Positions 48,570-55,315 of a stretch of DNA of 64,000 nt are shown in pieces (within the stretch, counting starts at the first letter, position 1; each line of letters starts with the position of its first letter). The DNA comes from an uncultured Gemmatimonadota bacterium (GTDB lineage: Bacteria > SM23-81 > DAOVCL01). The position numbers and the translations under genes are program-made. The notes below the pieces were generated by a model. The model was not told where the DNA came from and did no database searches. It saw nothing but the letters and a program-made list of their open reading frames with translations. The DNA is taken from positions 96,001 through 160,000 of the forward strand of contig CAZVGK010000002.1 of the NCBI GenBank assembly GCA_964626665.1, in the 5' to 3' direction.

Positions 48570-48605
48570 TAAAAAGCAAAGGCCACCGTTGCTGGTGACC
48601 TCTGC
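48570..48605 (-). terminator. Intrinsic terminator after the large secreted protein gene
   Basis: GCAGAGGTCACC-agcaac-GGTGGCCTTTGC-TTTTT. Confidence 0.7.
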
Positions 48606-48629
48606 GCCCAAGCCGGATCTGGGTCGGGG

Positions 48630-51600
48630 CTATCGCAAGAGCAACATCTTCCTGGTGAAGATGTAATCACCCGCCCGGATCCGGTAAAAGTAAATTCCAC
48701 TGGCCAGACTTTTCCCTTTAGCACTTCTTCCATCCCAGGTGACCCTGTGGATTCCCGCCTCCTTTTGCCCATCTACCAAGGTAACTACCCTTTGACCGAG
48801 CAAATTATAAACCTCCATTTTGACATAGACGCGGTGGGAGATGCAGTATTCTATGTTAGTCGCCGAGTTGAACGGATCTGGATAATTCTGACCCAAGGAG
48901 AAAGTAATTGGCTGTTGATTCTGAGGGTGGGTTTCCACCTCCGTCTCCTCTACTACCTCGAATACCCCATCAACCAAGGTTGGGCGATCCACAGGACTGT
49001 TGTCATAGCTGGCCAGGTCGTTAAAGTAGTATCGGGACTGGTCAAATACAACGGGGTAATCTCCCAATGGAGCATCAGGCGAGATGGTGAACACCACCTT
49101 AGCTATAGGACCAGATCCTATAGGCATTGGATAGCAGGTATCTGAACTCCAGTCCTCATAAATGCCCAAGACATTGACCACTCCAGAATCAATTCGGACT
49201 GAAAAGATTTTAAACGAATCCGTGCGAGTGGTGCGTTCCACCCTGGTAGCAGTTAGTATTGAGCTGTCAAAGGCAATCTGGAAATCAAATGCCGCAAGCA
49301 CAAAGGAGTTGACCAAGGAGACAGGTAGAACAATCCCTGTATCCCCTGGAGAGCCCGTGGCACCTTCCACTATCAGGCTATCCTTATCGCTGGGATCACC
49401 CATCATAGCAAGGCTCCCAGAGGATTTCTCCTCCTGAGGGGGGCCGACTGAACCATTGATGATATTCACCAGATAACAAAGGTCAGCAATAGTCCAGTAA
49501 TGTCCATCTCCATTCAGATCAGAGGCAATTTCCTGCTCCTCATCTGGACAGTCATCATCGGCAATATCAATGTGTTCCTTAATATATTCTATCCAAAACA
49601 CAGCATCATCAACTGTATATGCCTGCCTATCACAGTTCACATCGCTCAGGATATATGGGTATTCGGGAATGCCATGTGCCGCCCAAAGATTCCTCATCGC
49701 CTCCGAAGCACCATATATATCAGACCAGCCCGTGCAGAATTGCCTGATGTTGTAGGGGTTGTGGTCGTTAACCTTGAATACATCCAGGACAGACCATATC
49801 GTTAAGTAGATCTCGCTAACCCCCACATCATTATTGCAGTCATCCACATCGTCATCAGAGTCATACATATCCCACAAAAGGGCAGTTACCTGGGCCTCGA
49901 TGCTGTCACCGGGAAGTGGACAGGGTTCGGTTCTGCCACTGGGACAGGGCTCACCCACCGGCATCAGAGTGTCACAGCAGTTCTCACCGTTCATACAATA
50001 ATAGAACCCCTCATTTGCCATTCTATTCAAAAATCGCGGATCATCATTAACCGCCATACTGAAGAAGTTGGCCCATCCCTCACAGTATGCACTGTTTGGA
50101 TGTTGAGGCTTAGACCAATAGTGAGTTCCACCAATATGGGGAGGAATACTACTACCCCCATACCCGAACATAACATAGTGACCATATTCATGATAGATCG
50201 CGTTCTCATCCCATTGATCCTCATCTCCGGCATCAGAACGAATCGTTATCACGCGGTCACTTAGTCTATATCCGCTCCCGTGGATTTCTGGCCCCCACTC
50301 AACCTCAACCCTATCCGGCGGTGTCCCGATGGTGGCAAAATCTCTGGCGATCCCGGTTGTCCGACAGATGTTTAGCGCCGAAGAGATATTCCAGTCCGAC
50401 TCACAAGTCCAGGTTCCCCAGTCTAAAATGTCATTGTCAGGGATTAACTGGGCAACATTTTCGCAATAAACATACCTCCCCCAGACATGGTCATGATCGT
50501 CATTTACAAAGACATCAGCCGCTTCTGCCTGTGAGATAATCCAAACCTGGACGTAGCAAATGTTAACATTCTCAAATGTCCAATGGCCGGTGTTGTCGGT
50601 ATAAGTCACCTCTACCTGTTCACCAGTATCACCATCAATCAACCTGATCTGAGTATTGGGACAGACCCGGGTATCTCCTGGTTCTTTCCCATAAACATAT
50701 TGGTAAATACCATGCAGAGAAAAGTTGGCGATAACCCGCACACTTCCTCCATAATAATCCTGTCCTCCGTAGGATGCCCAGATTTCTCCTGTTCCCGCAG
50801 AGCTCCCAGCGTTGAGTATGGCCTTGTGAGTAGTAAGATTCTCCTCCACGCTTCCTAAACTGGATGGCGTTACCCACCAACTATCCATATCCACCACATT
50901 CCCCCATTGATCTTCAAACCAGAATTCTACGGCGGATGGATGGTTGACAACAGCCTGGATGTCATAGCTCCCCTTGGGAGATGACTCATTCAGCTTGAGG
51001 GGTATCCCGATGCCCGGGTTCTTTTTTCTCCATAGTTCATGCGATAAGCTATCATACTCCTGCTGCAGGCTGTCCAGGAGAGCGCTGAGGCTGTCTTGGT
51101 CAACAGAGTCACAAGGAGCTATTTCCCTGCCCTTGGCATCAAGTCGCGGGGCAACATTAAGCAAGGGCGGTCCCCACCTAACCCCAGGGGGATGCCCACT
51201 TGTGTCCTTTGGCACCTTACCCTCCTCAACCTCTTTCAGCTCCTTCTTCAGTTCCTCAATCGCCTTCTTGATCATCTTAACCCTGGGGTCCGGAGCACCC
51301 TTAACCTTGATCTGGATTACTTTATCACCAAATCCAGAGACGGAATACTTTTTTTCTCCACTGGGATAATAACCCTTAACATCGAAATAACCATAGCATA
51401 GAAAGCGTTCCCTCTCGACCGGTTTAATCACAATCTCTCGTACAACAGTTTCACCCATGCCTGCAGCCCCGCTCCAAAGGGTATCCCCGCTTATGACTTC
51501 CATTCCTCCTGGTATTTTAAATCTGATAGTTGCCTTTTCTGCCACCAGTCTGCCGCCCGCTGAACATTCCAACCGAAGGGTTACCTCCTCATTTAAGTCG

Positions 51601-51791
51601 GGATTTATCTCTGTGGCAAAAAGTTTGATCTCAGGCCCTGTGCTTGAGCCTCCTATATCAGAATAGGGAAACTTGGGATTGGTAGTGGCAGTGTCGGAAT
51701 TGGAGGTCTCAGAAGTGATGATTGTAGCCAGGGTTTGCACTGACAATACCAGTGCAAACAGGACGATCAATAAGTTTAAGACCCGTTTCAT
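48630..51791 (-). CDS. Secreted multidomain zinc metalloprotease-like protein with dockerin-like, cohesin-like and FlgD-Ig/T9SS-type C-terminal domains
   Basis: Start ATG 51791 with signal peptide; HEYGH..EGWANF (gluzincin-like); SDVNCD/SDLNGDG repeats; LPVSL..FDFQIAFD; QNYPDPFN..WDG..SGIYFYRI..KMLLLR. Confidence 0.85.
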   Translation of the reverse strand: MKRVLNLLIVLFALVLSVQTLATIITSETSNSDTATTNPKFPYSDIGGSSTGPEIKLFATEINPDLNEEVTLRLECSAGGRLVAEKATIRFKIPGGMEVISGDTLWSGAAGMGETVVREIVIKPVERERFLCYGYFDVKGYYPSGEKKYSVSGFGDKVIQIKVKGAPDPRVKMIKKAIEELKKELKEVEEGKVPKDTSGHPPGVRWGPPLLNVAPRLDAKGREIAPCDSVDQDSLSALLDSLQQEYDSLSHELWRKKNPGIGIPLKLNESSPKGSYDIQAVVNHPSAVEFWFEDQWGNVVDMDSWWVTPSSLGSVEENLTTHKAILNAGSSAGTGEIWASYGGQDYYGGSVRVIANFSLHGIYQYVYGKEPGDTRVCPNTQIRLIDGDTGEQVEVTYTDNTGHWTFENVNICYVQVWIISQAEAADVFVNDDHDHVWGRYVYCENVAQLIPDNDILDWGTWTCESDWNISSALNICRTTGIARDFATIGTPPDRVEVEWGPEIHGSGYRLSDRVITIRSDAGDEDQWDENAIYHEYGHYVMFGYGGSSIPPHIGGTHYWSKPQHPNSAYCEGWANFFSMAVNDDPRFLNRMANEGFYYCMNGENCCDTLMPVGEPCPSGRTEPCPLPGDSIEAQVTALLWDMYDSDDDVDDCNNDVGVSEIYLTIWSVLDVFKVNDHNPYNIRQFCTGWSDIYGASEAMRNLWAAHGIPEYPYILSDVNCDRQAYTVDDAVFWIEYIKEHIDIADDDCPDEEQEIASDLNGDGHYWTIADLCYLVNIINGSVGPPQEEKSSGSLAMMGDPSDKDSLIVEGATGSPGDTGIVLPVSLVNSFVLAAFDFQIAFDSSILTATRVERTTRTDSFKIFSVRIDSGVVNVLGIYEDWSSDTCYPMPIGSGPIAKVVFTISPDAPLGDYPVVFDQSRYYFNDLASYDNSPVDRPTLVDGVFEVVEETEVETHPQNQQPITFSLGQNYPDPFNSATNIEYCISHRVYVKMEVYNLLGQRVVTLVDGQKEAGIHRVTWDGRSAKGKSLASGIYFYRIRAGDYIFTRKMLLLR

Positions 51792-51811
51792 TTCAAACAC
51801 CTCTTTCCTTT

Positions 51812-51874
51812 CTAAAAGGTTAACAACCCTGGATACCCTGATTGAGCATCCGCTACCTCCTTGAGCTTCTCCAT
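51812..51874 (-). CDS. Candidate 20-aa leader ORF MEKLKEVADAQSGYPGLLTF, copy 1
   Basis: AAGGAGGT SD 4 nt before ATG; conserved in three copies. Confidence 0.45.
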   Translation of the reverse strand: MEKLKEVADAQSGYPGLLTF

Positions 51875-52013
51875 CCACACCTCCTTTCAATTGAGAGTTT
51901 AAGGTTTACTTTTCCTTTTGATTTACAAACCAGATAATTACAAAGTGTTCTTATAGTTGCTCTATCTATGAAGCTCTTCTCTTAAAAATACAGGATATTT
52001 ATTGATGTTCTCT

Positions 52014-52868
52014 TTAAGATTTAAGGAACTGTGTTCTTTTGACTTTACCCTCTCCTACCGCCTGGAGATCATAGCTCCCCTTGGGAGATGACTCATTAAG
52101 CTTGAGGGGTATCCCGATGCCCGGGTTCTTCTTCCTGTATAGTTCATGCGATAAGCTATCATACTCCTGCTGCAAGCTATCCAGGATAGCTCTCAAGCTA
52201 TCAGGGATAAGAGTATCAGCGGGGACTACTTCCACTCCGCTGGGGGTAAGCTTTGGAGCGCCAAATAAGGGCTCGACAATTCTAAACCCAGGGGGATGCC
52301 CACTTGTGTCCTTTGGCACCTTACCCTCCTCAACCTCCTTCAGCTCCTTCTTCAACTCCTCAATCGCCTTTTTGATCATCTTTATCCTGGGATCCGGTGT
52401 GCCTTTAACAATAAAATCTAGTGAGCGACACTCTGCAAGTCCCCGCTTTCCTTCTGAAAAGACAAATCCCCCAAAGATCCGGAAACGCCGTCTTTGGGTT
52501 GGTTTTACCACGAGTTCTCTAACTGCCTTTCCCCCCTTCTCCATATTAACTGTCCAAACAGTGTCATTGCTTACAACTTCAACCCACGAAGGAATCCTGT
52601 AAAACAGAATAGTTGAGTTTGGGGCATTAATAAGAGGGCTGCATTCGAGTCTAAAAGTAATTAGCTCATTAAGATCAACCTCCATTTTCGCTCTATCTGC
52701 AGAAAGCTTAATTTGTACTGGGGCCACCTGCATTTCACCGCCACCACTATCTACATAAACAAACTCGGTTTGGCTCTTTTTCTCCGTTGAAATCCCATCA
52801 AGTGCCAGGGTAGCCTGCACTGGAAAAAACAGTACTACCAATATGATTACCACCAAGACCCGTTTCAT
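52014..52868 (-). CDS. Secreted protein, stand-alone homolog of the protease N-terminal region (variant N-domain)
   Basis: Signal peptide; shares KAIEELKKELKEVEEGKVPKDTSGHPPG and LDSLQQEYDSLSHEL..SPKGSYD with 48630-51791. Confidence 0.75.
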   Translation of the reverse strand: MKRVLVVIILVVLFFPVQATLALDGISTEKKSQTEFVYVDSGGGEMQVAPVQIKLSADRAKMEVDLNELITFRLECSPLINAPNSTILFYRIPSWVEVVSNDTVWTVNMEKGGKAVRELVVKPTQRRRFRIFGGFVFSEGKRGLAECRSLDFIVKGTPDPRIKMIKKAIEELKKELKEVEEGKVPKDTSGHPPGFRIVEPLFGAPKLTPSGVEVVPADTLIPDSLRAILDSLQQEYDSLSHELYRKKNPGIGIPLKLNESSPKGSYDLQAVGEGKVKRTQFLKS

Positions 52869-52888
52869 CTTAAACACCTCTTTCCTTT

Positions 52889-52951
52889 CTAAAAGGTTAA
52901 CAACCCTGGATACCCTGATTGAGCATCCGCTACCTCCTTGAGCTTCTCCAT
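52889..52951 (-). CDS. Candidate 20-aa leader ORF, copy 2
   Basis: Identical to copy 1. Confidence 0.45.
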   Translation of the reverse strand: MEKLKEVADAQSGYPGLLTF

Positions 52952-53090
52952 CCACACCTCCTTTCAATTGAGAGTTTAAGGTTTACTTTTCCTTTTGATT
53001 TACAAACCAGATAATTACAAAGTGTTCTTATAGTTGCTCTATCTATGAAGCTCTTCTCTTAAAAATACAGGATATTTATTGATGTTCTCT

Positions 53091-53978
53091 TTAAGATTTA
53101 AGGAACTGTGTTCTTTTGACTTTACCCTCTCCTACCGCCTGGAGATCATAGCTCCCCTTGGGAGATGACTCATTAAGCTTGAGGGGTATCCCGATGCCCG
53201 GGTTCTTCTTCCTGTATAGTTCATGCGATAAGCTATCATACTCCTGCTGCAAGCTATCCAGGATAGCTCTCAAGCTATCAGGGATAAGAGTATCAGCGGG
53301 GACTACTTCCACTCCGCTGGGGGTAAGCTTTGGAGCGCCAAATAAGGGCTCGACAATTCTAAACCCAGGGGGATGCCCACTTGTGTCCTTTGGCACCTTA
53401 CCCTCCTCAACCTCCTTCAGCTCCTTCTTCAGCTTCTCAATCGCCTTTTTGAGCATCTTCACCCTGGGGTCTGGAGCGCCCTTAACCTTGATCTGGATTC
53501 CCTTATCACCAAATCCAGAGACGGAATACTTCTTGCCTCCATTAACATAATAACCCTTAACATCGAAATAACCATAGCAGAGAAAGCGTTCCCTCTTGAC
53601 CGGTTTAATCACGATCTCTTGCACAACAGTTTCATCCCTGGCTACAGCCCCGCTCCAAAGGGTATCCCCGCTTATGACTTCCATTCCTCCTGGTATTTTG
53701 AATCTGATAGTTGCCTTTTCTGCCTCCACTCTACCACCAGGTGAACATTCTAATCGAAGGGTTATCACCTCATTTAAGTCGGGATTTATCTCTGTGGCAA
53801 AAAGCTTGATCCTCGGCCCTGTGCTCGAGCCCCACTTAGCAGAATAGGGAAACTTGGGATTGGTAGTGGTAGTATAAGACTTGGTGGATGTGGACTTAGA
53901 TGTGTCCACTGTAGCCATAGCTTGCACTAAGAATACCAGTGCAACGAGGACAATCAATAAGCCTAAAATCCGTTTCAT
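53091..53978 (-). CDS. Secreted protein, stand-alone homolog of the protease N-terminal region
   Basis: N-half closely matches 48630-51791; C-half identical to 52014-52868. Confidence 0.78.
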   Translation of the reverse strand: MKRILGLLIVLVALVFLVQAMATVDTSKSTSTKSYTTTTNPKFPYSAKWGSSTGPRIKLFATEINPDLNEVITLRLECSPGGRVEAEKATIRFKIPGGMEVISGDTLWSGAVARDETVVQEIVIKPVKRERFLCYGYFDVKGYYVNGGKKYSVSGFGDKGIQIKVKGAPDPRVKMLKKAIEKLKKELKEVEEGKVPKDTSGHPPGFRIVEPLFGAPKLTPSGVEVVPADTLIPDSLRAILDSLQQEYDSLSHELYRKKNPGIGIPLKLNESSPKGSYDLQAVGEGKVKRTQFLKS

Positions 53979-53998
53979 CTTAAAAACCTCTTTTCTTT

Positions 53999-54061
53999 CT
54001 AAAAGGTTAACAGCCCTGGATACTCAAATTGAGTATCCGCTACCCTCCTGAGTTTCTCCAT
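53999..54061 (-). CDS. Candidate 20-aa leader ORF MEKLRRVADTQFEYPGLLTF, copy 3
   Basis: Diverged, but same length, SD, start and stop. Confidence 0.45.
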   Translation of the reverse strand: MEKLRRVADTQFEYPGLLTF

Positions 54062-54179
54062 CTGCACCTCCTTTCAGTTGGGTTTCCCCCCATACAGCAC
54101 CGCCTTCCTATATCTAAGCATCAAAAATGGGATTAGTCAAGATGTTTCCAAGCACTGGGAATATAGATAGTATAATCCA

Positions 54180-54341
54180 CTACCAATCATCCAAGTCCTT
54201 CCATTTCCCTTCCTCTGAGGCCCTCCTCTCTAGTGCATTGGAGATAAGCCTTTTGATCTTTTGCCAAAGGCTTTTCTTGGAGGGTTTCTCCTGGTCAAGC
54301 TCTAACTTTGGTTTCGGCTTTATCTTAGGATCAGAATTCAT
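54180..54341 (-). CDS. Small basic hypothetical protein (53 aa)
   Basis: MNSDPKIKPKPKLELDQEKPSKKSLWQKIKRLISNALERRASEEGKWKDLDDW; GGAGGAG upstream but at long spacing. Confidence 0.45.
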   Translation of the reverse strand: MNSDPKIKPKPKLELDQEKPSKKSLWQKIKRLISNALERRASEEGKWKDLDDW

Positions 54342-54427
54342 AGTGAATGTAAGACTCCTCCTACAACAAAAGGTGGAAGGTGTATGGTTAAAAGTAATAG
54401 GGGACCTGGCGGGTCCCAGACCCCTCA

Positions 54428-54578
54428 ATGAGACCCACCAGGTTGTTGAGACAATGCGAGGGCAAACCGGAATTCTGCGTGACCAAGCTCATCCGAGGGC
54501 ACTCCACCTCACAATAGCTCCCCCCTGGGATATAAGGAGGCTATTGGGTCACCTCTACCCTGCCCTCGCTTGCCTCTT
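54428..54578 (-). ncRNA. Candidate structured RNA, copy 2 (family unassigned)
   Basis: Same fold as 48378-48523 with compatible and G-U substitutions. Confidence 0.55.
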
Positions 54579-54614
54579 GGTGACAGTTCACCACGGAACC
54601 TCACAGGAAAAAAG

Positions 54615-54892
54615 CAATTAAGAATTAAAAATGAAATTTTCCTGTGCTGGTAGGATGGGAAACCCTTAGGGCTGGAAAATGGAAATTTAGTCTGAGCTGG
54701 TAGGTGCTCTCATCTGACAGTACCACCACCGAGCCGTCAGAACCCCGATTCTGACGGCAAAGGTAGATGGCAGAATCAGGGTTTTGCCACCTCATAATCT
54801 AACCGCAAAGACGCAAAGAACGCAGAGTTTAACGATCTACGAACTACAATCCTCTTATTCGTGAAGATTCGTCCATTCGTGCCATTCGTGTT
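54615..54892. repeat. Pile-up of several palindromic/short-period repeat families
   Basis: GAGCCGTCAGAACCCCGATTCTGACGGC, TGGCAGAATC..TTGCCACCTC, CGCAAAGACGCAAAGAACGCAGAG, ATTCGTG tandem units. Confidence 0.7.
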
Positions 54893-55065
54893 CCTTATTG
54901 GAAGGGGTGGCAGGCAAGGGAGAGCCTACGGGGCATCTCCGCTATTTTATGTTTCCCAAAATGCTGCTTCCAACCACCAAGCAAGAACAAGGCAGCATCG
55001 ACCCTCTCCTTGCCCGCCTTTTAAGCCACGGACATAAGCGGAGACATTTACATTTTTATTCATGT

Positions 55066-55081
55066 AGCAAAAAGTGTGCCT
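55066..55081 (-). promoter_or_regulatory. Sigma54 promoter facing the RNA motif and secreted-protein genes
   Basis: AGGCACACTTTTTGCT (GG-N10-GC). Confidence 0.75.
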
Positions 55082-55196
55082 GAATTGGCCGAAAAAATAA
55101 AAAAGCACTTAGCGAACTAAGTGCCTCAAAAACATAGAGATATTCAACTTGTGAAAAGATGGTTATATCAACTCTTATTAAAACAAAAGCCTATTC

Positions 55197-55297
55197 GTCC
55201 ATTTTTGGACATCATTTTTTGGGCTTACAGAATATCTGTTTATTTAACAAATAGTTAGGAGCGACCAAAAAAGAACGCTATTTGACCAAATTTGGAC
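55197..55297. promoter_or_regulatory. Pair of palindromic candidate enhancer (UAS) sites
   Basis: GTCCAtttTTGGAC (55197-55210) and GACCAaatTTGGAC (55284-55297), 115-215 bp upstream of the sigma54 site. Confidence 0.6.
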
Positions 55298-55315
55298 ACT
55301 CATCCAATAGAATCC

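Larger units (their letters stand above)
51795..53431. repeat. 560-bp direct repeat (51795-52354 and 52872-53431; period 1077 bp)
   Basis: Identical by eye; covers the 3' part of each short gene, the spacer and the leader of the next gene. Confidence 0.85.

Noticed and set aside
51792-51890. ORF-track N-terminal extensions (MKGGVDG...) of the secreted genes; likewise 30127-30321, 48211-48300, 60532-60561 and 63047-63238
   Set aside because: Downstream starts fit better (RBS, signal peptide or family-typical N-terminus); the extensions overlap other genes, promoters or repeats
51795-53431. Diversity-generating retroelement TR/VR pair
   Set aside because: Repeats are identical or differ without adenine bias, and no reverse transcriptase is in the window
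54428-54578. Lysine, FMN, SAM-I or T-box riboswitch, or 6S RNA
   Set aside because: Only short word matches (AGAGGTG, GGGCAGGGT, AATTCCGG); the remaining conserved blocks of each family are missing
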